Source of the DNA: Candidatus Iainarchaeum sp.
GTDB lineage: Archaea > Micrarchaeota > Micrarchaeia > Anstonellales > Bilamarchaeaceae
Assembly (NCBI GenBank): GCA_028714535.1
Contig: JAQTME010000004.1
Location: 7,319 to 71,318, forward strand
Length of the DNA: 64,000 bases
Direction of reading: 5' to 3'
The notes beneath the pieces are model-generated. The model searched no databases. It was not told the origin of the DNA and saw only the letters and a program-made list of their open reading frames with translations. Of the stretch, positions 18,202-26,933 are shown piece by piece (position 1 is the first letter of the stretch; every line of letters starts with the position of its first letter). Position numbers and translations under genes: made by a program.

Positions 18202-20853
18202 ATGGAATGGCATGCGGTCCCGCAGGAAAGCGCCATGAAGCGCCTGGGCGCCGCAGAGGGCGGGCTTAGCGCCGAAGAGGCGGCGAAGCGGCTGGGGGAG
18301 CACGGCCCGAACAGCATAGCGATAGAGCGGAAAATCTCCGCGCTGCACATCTTCGTCAGCCAGTTCAAGAACCTCCTCATAGTGCTCCTGCTGCTCGCCG
18401 CGCTCGTCTCGCTCGGGCTCAGCTTCATCAACCCGGAGGAGGCCGAGCTGCTGGACGCGCTGCTGATTTTCGCCATAGTCATCGCCAACGCGGTGCTTGG
18501 CTTCGCGCAGGAATACAAGGCCGAGAAGTCCATAGAGGCGCTCACCAGGATGGCGGCGCCGCTGGCATCGGTCATGCGCGGCGGCAGGGAAGTCGAAATC
18601 CGTTCCGAGGATGTCGTGCCAGGCGACATCCTGCTCCTGCTCGAGGGCGACAAGGTCGCCGCCGACGCAAGGCTCATCGAATGCTTCTCCATATACGCGG
18701 ACGAGTCCATGCTCACCGGCGAGAGCGTGCCGGCGCACAAGTCCCCGGGAGTGCTTCCGAAGGAAACGCCGCTGGCAGAAAGGGACAACATGGTGTACAT
18801 GAACTCGGTGATAACCCGCGGCAAGGGCACGGCCGTCGTTGTCCACACCGGGCTGAAGACCGAGATGGGGAAGATAGCCAAGGAGATATCCGAGGCGCCC
18901 GAGAAGGTCACGCAGTTCCAGCTGGAGATAGGGGACATAAGCAAGAAGGTGTCGATACTGGTCGTCGTCATGCTGGTGATAATCTCCGTCACAGAATTCC
19001 TCATGCGCACCGGCGACCTGCTCTTCATATTCATGGCCGCAGTGGCCCTTGGCGTCGCCGCAATCCCGGAAGGCCTTCCGGCGGTCGTCACCCTCGCGCT
19101 CTCCATAGCGACCAACCGCATGCTCAGGCAGAACGCGCTCATGAGGCGGCTCTCCACCATACAGGACCTGGGCTCGGTCAACGTCATCTGCACTGACAAG
19201 ACAGGCACCCTGACCGAGAACGTGATGACCGTCACGAAGATGTGCTTCGACGGCAGGCACGTGGAGGTCGGCGGCCGGGGCCTGGACCTGCACGGCAGCT
19301 TCGTCCCGCAGCCCGAGCGCAACGAGTTCGAGATGCTCCTGCTCTGCGGCGTGCTCTGCAACGACGCGCGGCAGGTGGAAACGGACGGGGCCATGAAATT
19401 CAAGGGCGACCCGACCGAGATCGCGGTCCTCATCCCGGCATACAAGGCAGGCCTTGACGTGGACGGCCTGCGCAGGCGATGGAAGCGCGTGGGCGAGGTT
19501 CCGTTCTCATCGGAGCGCAAGCTCATGTCCACTGCGAACAGCGACGGCAGGCGCACATACACATTCGTGAAGGGCGCGCCGGAGGTGCTCCTCTCGCGCT
19601 GCACCCACATCAACGAGCGCGGCACGCCCAGGGAGATGACCGGGAAGGACAGGAAGGAGGTGCTGGAGCACAACCGCGCGCTCGCATCGCACGCCCTGCG
19701 CGTCCTCGGCTTCGCGTACAAGGAAAGCCCCGCGTCCATGGACGAAACGGAAATGGAGAACGGGCTGGTCTTCCTCGGCCTGATGGGCATGAAGGACCCG
19801 CCCAGGGCTGGCGTGAAAGAAGCCGTAGAAGACTGCAGGAAGGCCGGCATACGCGTGATTATGATAACCGGCGACAACCGCTACACCGCCGAGGCCGTGG
19901 GCCGCGAGCTGGGCTTCTCCGGCGCCGCGGTGACCGGCGACGAACTGGACAAACTGTCGGAGGCGCAGTTCGCCAAGGCCGTGGAAAAAACGGACATCTA
20001 CGCGCGCACGTCCCCGAAGCACAAGGTCCAGCTGCTCAGGGCCCTGCAGGCCAACGGCCACATAGTGTGCATGACAGGCGACGGCGTCAACGACGCCGCG
20101 GCCATAAAGAACTCCGACGTCGGAATCGCCATGGGCATACGCGGAACCGAGGTCACCAAGCAGGCCAGCGACATAATCGTGCTGGACGACAACTTCATCA
20201 CCATCCGCAACGCCATAGCAGAGGGCCGGGGCACGTTCGACAACATCCGCAAGTTCGTGGCATACATGCTCGGCGCGAACATATCAGAGGTGCTCATAGT
20301 GTTCATCGCGACAGTGGCCGCGCTCGGCATATCGCCGAAAATCGCCATACAGCTGTTGTGGATAAACCTCGTGACCGACGGCGTCCCAGCGGTCGCCATG
20401 GGCGTGGACCCGCCGGCGAAGGGCATCATGCAGCGGCCGCCCAGGAAAAAGGGCGAGCGCATGGCTGACACGGACACGATGTACTTCCTGGGCTCCATCG
20501 GATTTGCGGCCACGGTTGCGCTCCTGCTGCTCTACGCCTTCTACATGGGCGCCGAGGGCGCGATGAAGGCCTATTCCATACTGTTCACGTCGTTCGTGGT
20601 CCTGGAGATGCTCACTGTATACGCGGTCCGCTGGAGGTACGGCACGGACATCCTCTCCAACATCTGGCTCCACGCCGCGGTCGCCTCGTCGCTCATCCTC
20701 CAGCTCGCGCTGCTCTATACCCCGCTCAACTCGCTTTTCGGCATAGTGCCGCTCTCGCTGCAGGACTGGGCCGGCATAACAGCCGCCATGGCGGGCTACC
20801 TCGCGCTCGTGGCTGCCGCGCTCAGGCTGGAGCCGCTGGTAATAAGGAAATAA
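18202..20853 (+). CDS. P-type ATPase, type IIA (Ca2+-transporting-like)
   Basis: DKTGTLT phosphorylation motif, TGDN, MTGDGVNDAAAIK, about 10 TM segments. Confidence 0.85.
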   Translation: MEWHAVPQESAMKRLGAAEGGLSAEEAAKRLGEHGPNSIAIERKISALHIFVSQFKNLLIVLLLLAALVSLGLSFINPEEAELLDALLIFAIVIANAVLGFAQEYKAEKSIEALTRMAAPLASVMRGGREVEIRSEDVVPGDILLLLEGDKVAADARLIECFSIYADESMLTGESVPAHKSPGVLPKETPLAERDNMVYMNSVITRGKGTAVVVHTGLKTEMGKIAKEISEAPEKVTQFQLEIGDISKKVSILVVVMLVIISVTEFLMRTGDLLFIFMAAVALGVAAIPEGLPAVVTLALSIATNRMLRQNALMRRLSTIQDLGSVNVICTDKTGTLTENVMTVTKMCFDGRHVEVGGRGLDLHGSFVPQPERNEFEMLLLCGVLCNDARQVETDGAMKFKGDPTEIAVLIPAYKAGLDVDGLRRRWKRVGEVPFSSERKLMSTANSDGRRTYTFVKGAPEVLLSRCTHINERGTPREMTGKDRKEVLEHNRALASHALRVLGFAYKESPASMDETEMENGLVFLGLMGMKDPPRAGVKEAVEDCRKAGIRVIMITGDNRYTAEAVGRELGFSGAAVTGDELDKLSEAQFAKAVEKTDIYARTSPKHKVQLLRALQANGHIVCMTGDGVNDAAAIKNSDVGIAMGIRGTEVTKQASDIIVLDDNFITIRNAIAEGRGTFDNIRKFVAYMLGANISEVLIVFIATVAALGISPKIAIQLLWINLVTDGVPAVAMGVDPPAKGIMQRPPRKKGERMADTDTMYFLGSIGFAATVALLLLYAFYMGAEGAMKAYSILFTSFVVLEMLTVYAVRWRYGTDILSNIWLHAAVASSLILQLALLYTPLNSLFGIVPLSLQDWAGITAAMAGYLALVAAALRLEPLVIRK

Positions 20854-20894
20854 CGCGCCGGAATCGCAGCAAGGCTTAAAAAACTCAGGGGCGT

Positions 20895-21674
20895 ATGGTT
20901 GCCATGCGCCGACAACCTCCAAAACGCAAAGCCAAGCAGCCGCGCCGGAAGCCGCCGAAGCCCGAAGCGAACCGGCAAACCGAGCGGGTGTCGACCGGCA
21001 TCCCGGGCCTCGACGCGCTCATAGAGGGCGGGTTCGTGAGGAACAGCACGGTCCTGGTGCGCGGCGACACGGGGACCGCGAAGACGCTTTTCTGCATCCA
21101 GTACCTCTACGAGGGCGCCCTGGCAGGCGAGCCGGGCGTGTTCATAAGCTTCGCGGAATCCCGCGAGGCCATATACGAGCATGGCAGGAAATTCGGCTGG
21201 GACCTGGACGCCCTGGCGAGGAAGGGCCTGTTCGAGGTCATACGCTACGACCCGCACGAAGTCGTCAAGATAATGCAGGAGGGCGGCGGCCTCATTAGGG
21301 ACACCATCGAGTCGAAGGCGGCTAAGCGGCTGGCCATAGACTCGCTGAGCGCCTACGAGCTGTTTTTCGAGAACAAGTACAAGTCCAACCAGTCCGTCCT
21401 GAGCCTTTTCGAGCTGCTGAAGAAATGGAATGTCACGGCCATGGTGACGTCGGAGATGCCAGTGAGCCTGACAAACGAGACAAGGGACCGGCTCGGCTTC
21501 CTGACCGAGGGCATACTGAACCTCTACCACCTGAGGAGCCACGCAGAACGCCTCCGCGCCCTGGAGATACTCAAGATGAGGGACACCAACCACAATGAGG
21601 GGCTGTACCATTTCACGATTGAAAAAACAGGCCTGAGGGTGCGCGGGAGGCTGAGCGGCTTTGGCAGGGAGTAG
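20895..21674 (+). CDS. KaiC/RecA-superfamily ATPase, ArlH(FlaH)-like, with Lys/Arg/Pro-rich N-terminal tail
   Basis: GIPGLDALIEGGFVRNSTVLVRGDTGTAKT Walker A. Overlaps the start of the downstream vWA prepilin by 14 nt. Confidence 0.7.
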   Translation: MVAMRRQPPKRKAKQPRRKPPKPEANRQTERVSTGIPGLDALIEGGFVRNSTVLVRGDTGTAKTLFCIQYLYEGALAGEPGVFISFAESREAIYEHGRKFGWDLDALARKGLFEVIRYDPHEVVKIMQEGGGLIRDTIESKAAKRLAIDSLSAYELFFENKYKSNQSVLSLFELLKKWNVTAMVTSEMPVSLTNETRDRLGFLTEGILNLYHLRSHAERLRALEILKMRDTNHNEGLYHFTIEKTGLRVRGRLSGFGRE

Positions 21675-23904
21675 GGCGGCCCAGGCGAGCACAGAGTTCA
21701 TCTTCATCCTAGCGATATCGATGGTCGTCATAACCATAATCATGGTCCTGGCGCAGCAGCAGATAACCACAGTGCAGAAGCAGAAGGACTCAGCAGACGC
21801 GCAGAACGCGGTCCTGGACCTGAGCGCGGCGGCCAAGGAGGTCTATGCCCAGGGCGAGGGGTCAAGGAAGCAGGTGTTCATACGGCTGCCGGGCAGCTAC
21901 GAGCCGGGCGGCTCGTCCATAGGCGCCCGGTCCATACAGATACGGGCGGCCGGCACGGATTACGTGGCAGTGGAGAACTTCAACCTGCGCGGCTACCTGC
22001 CCGCCACCTCCGGAGGCCACTGGGTGTGGGTCACGTCCGAGGGCAGCAGGGTGCGCATAGGGCTCGCGATGATGGAACTCGACAGGAACCGCATATACCT
22101 GGTCATGAACAGGAACACCACTGCGACGGCGCCGTTCTCAGTGACCAACGCGTGGATACGCAGCATAAACGTTACGACCGCGGTGCGGTGGGATGCAACC
22201 GACGTCACAATGGACGGCGTGCCGTCCGGGTTCCAGCTCAACGTCGACAGCAGCAATATGATAACCGCGCATTTCACCGCAGGCGCAGATGCCGGCGGCA
22301 TCTACATGGGCGAGATAGAGCTGAATGCGAGCGACGGCCAGGGGGCAACCGAAAGCGCCGAAGTGCCGGTGACCGTCTACGTCGTCGGCTACACTGCGCC
22401 TGAAAAGGACCTCCTGGGCCCGGTGATAACGGCCATCTACCAGGACCCCGCTCCAGCCATAGTATACGAGCCTCTGGCGATAATACTGACCGCGACAGAC
22501 GAGCAGGCCGGCAACAACAGCATCAGGGACTGCGAGATGGACGCAGACCAGGCCGGAAACTGGCAGGTGATACTGCCCGTGGACGGCGCCTACGATCAGC
22601 CCACCGAAACCGCCATGCACAATTACACGGCCGGGTTCTCCTGGGGCGTGCACAGCATCCGGGCGCGGTGCACCGACGTCATGAACAACACCGGGCCGAC
22701 GGCATTCTATTACTTCAACGTGACCCAGTCAGACATGCTCGGGCCTATCGTGACGAACCTGACGCACACCGAATATCCGACGACCCTGTCTAACATCACC
22801 GCGAGCGCCATAGCGACGGACGTATACACGGGCGGCAGCAACATCGCGAGCTGCCAGGTGAAGGTCGATACCGGCGCATGGCACAACGCCACCCCTATGG
22901 ACGGGCTGTACGACTCCCCTTCGGAGAACGTCAGCTATAACGCAGGCCAGCTGGCGCCCGGCTACCATACCATATACTGGCAGTGCGTGGACGTCCTGGG
23001 CAACGCCGGCGGCACCTACAACGACAGCTTCGGCGTCGTGGACGTGGACCTCATGCTCGTCCTGGACCAGTCCTACTCCATGGACGCGTTCGTGACCAGC
23101 TCGTCGAGCTCCACGGTCGTCGAGACGACCAACACCGGGTTCACGCGCCTGAAGAACATAACGATACCGGCCAAGAACGGCAACCTGGCCAACCTCTCCA
23201 CCGAGATAAAGGCAGACGTCAGCGGGTGCACGGCCTACTACGAGGCGAGGATAAACGGCGTGGTGGTGGCAAGCGGCAACCGCACGTCCACCAGCTACGG
23301 CACCATCGCCGCCAGCATAAACGTATCGCAGTTCACTGCGCCGTTCGACGTCGCGCTCTACATGAAGCGCAGCCCGACCGCGAACTGCAAGGTCAGCAAC
23401 CAGCTGCTCTCGCTCCAGCAGGCGCCCAAGAAGATAACCGCCTCGCAGGATGCGGCAAAGACGTTCCTCAACGCCATAGACTCGTCCAACCAGGCCGGGC
23501 TGGTCACCTTCAGCGCCTCTGCGACCCTGAGCAAGCAGCTCGCCGCGATGACCGAGGCGAACAAGACGGCGCTCAAGGCCGCGATAGACGTGGTAAGCTA
23601 CGGCTTCAGCACCTGCCTGGAGTGCGGGCTGAAGACAGGCGCGGACGAGCTGACGTCCGCCAGGGGCAGGCCCGCAGCCACCAGGGTCATCGTGATGCTC
23701 ACGGACGGAATGAGCAACTCCGGCGACCCGGTCGCCGGCGCGGTCTACTGCAGGGACCGCGACGTGACCGTCTACACGATCGGGTTCGGCAACGACGTGA
23801 ACGACACCGAGCTGACCAACATCGCCCTGCTCACCCACGGCGAATACTACTTCGCGCCGAATGCGGAGACGCTCATGGACATATTCATGAACATAGGCAA
23901 GTGA
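21661..23904 (+). CDS. Giant prepilin-like protein, 747 aa: class III signal peptide-like N-terminus plus C-terminal von Willebrand factor A domain (TadG/PilY1-like tip adhesin candidate)
   Basis: N-terminus ...RAAQASTEFIFILAISMVVITIIMVLA. vWA with MIDAS DxSxS (LVLDQSYSMD), ...LVTFSASA..., VMLTDGMSNSGD, VYTIGFGND. Confidence 0.65.
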   Translation: MAGSRAAQASTEFIFILAISMVVITIIMVLAQQQITTVQKQKDSADAQNAVLDLSAAAKEVYAQGEGSRKQVFIRLPGSYEPGGSSIGARSIQIRAAGTDYVAVENFNLRGYLPATSGGHWVWVTSEGSRVRIGLAMMELDRNRIYLVMNRNTTATAPFSVTNAWIRSINVTTAVRWDATDVTMDGVPSGFQLNVDSSNMITAHFTAGADAGGIYMGEIELNASDGQGATESAEVPVTVYVVGYTAPEKDLLGPVITAIYQDPAPAIVYEPLAIILTATDEQAGNNSIRDCEMDADQAGNWQVILPVDGAYDQPTETAMHNYTAGFSWGVHSIRARCTDVMNNTGPTAFYYFNVTQSDMLGPIVTNLTHTEYPTTLSNITASAIATDVYTGGSNIASCQVKVDTGAWHNATPMDGLYDSPSENVSYNAGQLAPGYHTIYWQCVDVLGNAGGTYNDSFGVVDVDLMLVLDQSYSMDAFVTSSSSSTVVETTNTGFTRLKNITIPAKNGNLANLSTEIKADVSGCTAYYEARINGVVVASGNRTSTSYGTIAASINVSQFTAPFDVALYMKRSPTANCKVSNQLLSLQQAPKKITASQDAAKTFLNAIDSSNQAGLVTFSASATLSKQLAAMTEANKTALKAAIDVVSYGFSTCLECGLKTGADELTSARGRPAATRVIVMLTDGMSNSGDPVAGAVYCRDRDVTVYTIGFGNDVNDTELTNIALLTHGEYYFAPNAETLMDIFMNIGK

Positions 23905-23909
23905 GCGCC

Positions 23910-24293
23910 ATGAAAGCCCAGATCTCATCCGAATTCATGGTCGTATTCTCGGCCCTGGTCCTGATATTCGTGGTCGTGTTCACCCTGTACTCGGGCGGCA
24001 GCCTCAACCTCTTCCAGGCAGAGGGCTCTGTCGCGGCCATGCGCAACGCGAACGCGGTCGCGGCCGCGCTGAACTACGCCTACCTGGCAGGCGACGGCGC
24101 CAGCTACTCGTTCACGCCCGCGAGGGTGGCGAGCGACGAGAACATAACCATATCCGACTACGCCGTCTCGTCGGAGCGGCCGCACGCCTATGCCGCGGCG
24201 CCGCTGCTCGACGGCAGCATAAACGCCAGCTCGATAGGCCGTGGGCCTGTGCTCATAACCAACAACGGAGGGGAACTCGATATCAGCGGCTGA
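23910..24293 (+). CDS. Minor prepilin-like protein (class III signal peptide), 127 aa
   Basis: MKAQISSEFMVVFSALVLIFVVVF: KxQ-xSxEF plus hydrophobic stretch, same architecture as the major pilins. Confidence 0.6.
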   Translation: MKAQISSEFMVVFSALVLIFVVVFTLYSGGSLNLFQAEGSVAAMRNANAVAAALNYAYLAGDGASYSFTPARVASDENITISDYAVSSERPHAYAAAPLLDGSINASSIGRGPVLITNNGGELDISG

Positions 24294-24312
24294 CCCAGGC
24301 AGAAGAGGAGCC

Positions 24313-24867
24313 TTGGCGACTGATGCGGGATGCCGCACAAAGCGGCAGGGCCCCGCATCCCGATTCCACAAGGGCCAGGTCTGGTCGCTGGATTTCACCA
24401 TGGGCCTGCTGGCGCTGCTGTTCGTGCTGGCGCTCTTCATGCTCCTGTGGAACAGCATCGCGATGAGGTGGAACTCCGCGGGGAGCCAGGCCTCGATGGA
24501 GGCGAGCGCGTTCTTCGCCTCGGAATCCCTGCTGGCCACGCCCGGCGAGCCAGAGGGCTGGGAGATGCTCCCGCACATAGACGCCAACGTGAGCGCGCTC
24601 GGCCTCGTCAACGGCCGCAACGAGCTGAACAGGATGAAGCTCGACAAGCTCGTGGCAGAGAATGCGACCGCCTATTCCACGATAAAGGCGCGGCTCGGGC
24701 TGCAGCGCTACGAGCTCGGCATGCGCATCACGGACCTTTCCGACAACGTGATATACTACGAGTTCGGCAAGTTCAGCGGCACGCTGAACAACTCGCTGAA
24801 GTTCGAGCGCTTCGGCATACTGGACGGCGCGCCGGTGCTGGTGCACATGGAGGTGTGGGGCGGATGA
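24313..24867 (+). CDS. Minor prepilin-like protein (class III signal peptide-like KGQVWSLDF + TM); true start may be internal
   Basis: ...RFHKGQVWSLDFTMGLLALLFVLALFMLLW. Stop overlaps the next start (ATGA). Confidence 0.5.
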   Translation: MATDAGCRTKRQGPASRFHKGQVWSLDFTMGLLALLFVLALFMLLWNSIAMRWNSAGSQASMEASAFFASESLLATPGEPEGWEMLPHIDANVSALGLVNGRNELNRMKLDKLVAENATAYSTIKARLGLQRYELGMRITDLSDNVIYYEFGKFSGTLNNSLKFERFGILDGAPVLVHMEVWGG

Positions 24868-25271
24868 GGGGGTTCGCAATCACGCTGGACGCGGTCATAG
24901 CGCTGTCGTTCTTCCTGTTCGCGATGCTGCTGATGTCGGGCCAGACATACCAGCCCATGGCCCCGGGCAGCATCTACCTGAAGCAGCTGACCCTGGACAC
25001 GCTGGCCGTGCTGGAGAAGACCGGCAGGCTCGGCCGGGCGCTTGACGGCAACAACAGCGGGGTGGAGGAGGTGCTCGAGGCGACGCCGAAGCTGGCGTGC
25101 ATCCAGCTCTCCATACTGGACAGCGAAGGGAACCCCGCCGCCGTGCTCGCCAAAAACGACTGCAACGAGACAGGCGGCCTGGACATGCAGGTCGTATCGA
25201 GGCCGGTGCTGCACAACGGCATCATGTACGTCGTGAGGTCAGAGTCCTGGCTCAGGAAGGAGCCGGAGTGA
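24864..25271 (+). CDS. Minor prepilin-like protein, 135 aa
   Basis: MRGFAITLDAVIALSFFLFAMLLM. Start ATG at 24864 overlaps the previous stop. Confidence 0.6.
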   Translation: MRGFAITLDAVIALSFFLFAMLLMSGQTYQPMAPGSIYLKQLTLDTLAVLEKTGRLGRALDGNNSGVEEVLEATPKLACIQLSILDSEGNPAAVLAKNDCNETGGLDMQVVSRPVLHNGIMYVVRSESWLRKEPE

Positions 25272-25428
25272 AAATCATGCACAGGAGGAAAATTTCAGCC
25301 GCTGGTTTGTCTAGGTTCAGCCTAATGAAGTTTTATGATGGCAAGGAGCGCAGCGCGCTCCTTGACTGTCGTGGAATGCATGGCATTCCACTCCAAATTT
25401 TATCAGAAGTAACCAGGAGGAAAATTTC

Positions 25429-26259
25429 ATGCGTGGATTCGTGATAACCCTGCTGTCGGTGAGCCTCATACTGGTGCTCGTGGTGCTCACCATGTCGCTG
25501 CGCAGCGCGCACCTGGGCACCGAAAGGGCGCTGCTGGAGCCGCTGCCGCTGCTATACGCGGCGTTCCTGCTGGACGACGCGGCCTACGAGTTCAACTCCA
25601 TCGTCGGCCCTTCCATGTCGTTCAGCCAGGGGAACGGCAGCATGAACGTCACCGTCGCGGACACGCTGCACGCGGCCAACCATTCCGCCGCGGTCCTGGC
25701 CTACGGCACGTTCCTCGAAAGCGAGGTCGCCGGCAGGACCTCCAGCAACATAACCACGAACCTGAGCAACATAAGCGGCGGGGCCATGAGGGTCTTCATA
25801 AACGAGGATTACGTGTATCTGAACAACCACAGCAGCGGCGAGGTGCTATTCACCCGGGCCGGCGGCACCAACGCCACGTCGTACGAAATCAACTTCACCG
25901 TATACAGCATCAGGCAGAACATCACGCATATGGATTTCAACTCCAGCGGCACGCTCAACGTCACCATACGCTACACGGACCTGAACGGCACCGGCACAGA
26001 GCAGGGCAGCGTGTTCCCGGGCCAGGCCAACCAGTTCGTCGTCGGATACCCCAACGGGACCAGCATGGCCGTGACCGTCGGGCTGGCCGGGGGCGAGCCG
26101 GGCTCGCTCAGGATGGAGGGGGGCGGCGCATACGCTGATTTCGCATGGACGGCCGCCCTGCCGCGGCTCGACCCGTCGAAAAGGCGCGGCTACGCGTACG
26201 ACGCCACCATCGAATACGTGCAGGGGGCCGTGGCGAAGCGCACGCGGTTCGGCAAATAG
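25429..26259 (+). CDS. Prepilin-like protein, 276 aa
   Basis: MRGFVITLLSVSLILVLVVLTMSL. AGGAGG RBS 8 nt upstream. N-x-S/T-rich extracellular part. Confidence 0.6.
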   Translation: MRGFVITLLSVSLILVLVVLTMSLRSAHLGTERALLEPLPLLYAAFLLDDAAYEFNSIVGPSMSFSQGNGSMNVTVADTLHAANHSAAVLAYGTFLESEVAGRTSSNITTNLSNISGGAMRVFINEDYVYLNNHSSGEVLFTRAGGTNATSYEINFTVYSIRQNITHMDFNSSGTLNVTIRYTDLNGTGTEQGSVFPGQANQFVVGYPNGTSMAVTVGLAGGEPGSLRMEGGGAYADFAWTAALPRLDPSKRRGYAYDATIEYVQGAVAKRTRFGK

Positions 26260-26274
26260 GCGGCTGCCGCGCGC

Positions 26275-26784
26275 CTAGGATTCGCCTGCCTTTTTCAGGA
26301 CATTGGCCAGCGTGTTCAGCCGCGCATCCTTTATCCCAACATACAACGGGTGCAGCAGGTAGAGGGTCGCGGCCGCTACGATTCCCCAGCCATAGCTCTC
26401 TGGTATGGCAGGGGCAACGTTCAATCCCATGATGGACGCATCGTACAATGCCATGGTGAGCAATACGCCAGCCCCCGCCAGGACGGACGCGAACGCATGT
26501 GCAATCATGGCCTTGTGCATCTTATTTACTGTGGAAATGGCTTTTTGCAGCAGGCCCTGCTCTTGACCGAACTGCTCCTTCACGTGCTCCATCTTTTTGC
26601 GCATGATGTTTTCCAGGATGCCGCTGCCAAGGGTCCCGAAGGGCTTCTTCCCGCTGCGCCTGAGCGCGATGGCGATATCCATTGCATCCACGAGCGGCTG
26701 CCCCGCCTTCGTGCTCCAATCTTTTCTGCCCGTATCGACTTTGCCTAGAACCTGCCCGACTACGCGCCTCGTCATGAATCCCAT
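26275..26784 (-). CDS. Hypothetical membrane protein (2 C-terminal TM helices), encoded antisense between the two pilus operons
   Basis: Protein-like composition. TATA-like TTTATAAGTATAT about 30-45 nt upstream. Confidence 0.45.
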   Translation of the reverse strand: MGFMTRRVVGQVLGKVDTGRKDWSTKAGQPLVDAMDIAIALRRSGKKPFGTLGSGILENIMRKKMEHVKEQFGQEQGLLQKAISTVNKMHKAMIAHAFASVLAGAGVLLTMALYDASIMGLNVAPAIPESYGWGIVAAATLYLLHPLYVGIKDARLNTLANVLKKAGES

Positions 26785-26933
26785 GTTATCATCCCCTGGC
26801 AGTTCTGTGTGTGATAATGTTTATAAGTATATGCAACTGTGACTGCTGCGCGGGCGCCCCAGCCGCATAATCCCTGCGTTTGCGCACCAGCGGCTACAAT
26901 TAATTTTTAAACAACGCAGGAGATGGGTTTGAC

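Noticed and set aside
17299-19877. Long minus-strand ORFs (664 aa and 602 aa) overlapping the P-type ATPase gene
   Set aside because: Antisense to a gene with unambiguous P-type ATPase motifs. Products are Arg/His/Cys-rich with low complexity, typical of spurious ORFs in high-GC DNA.
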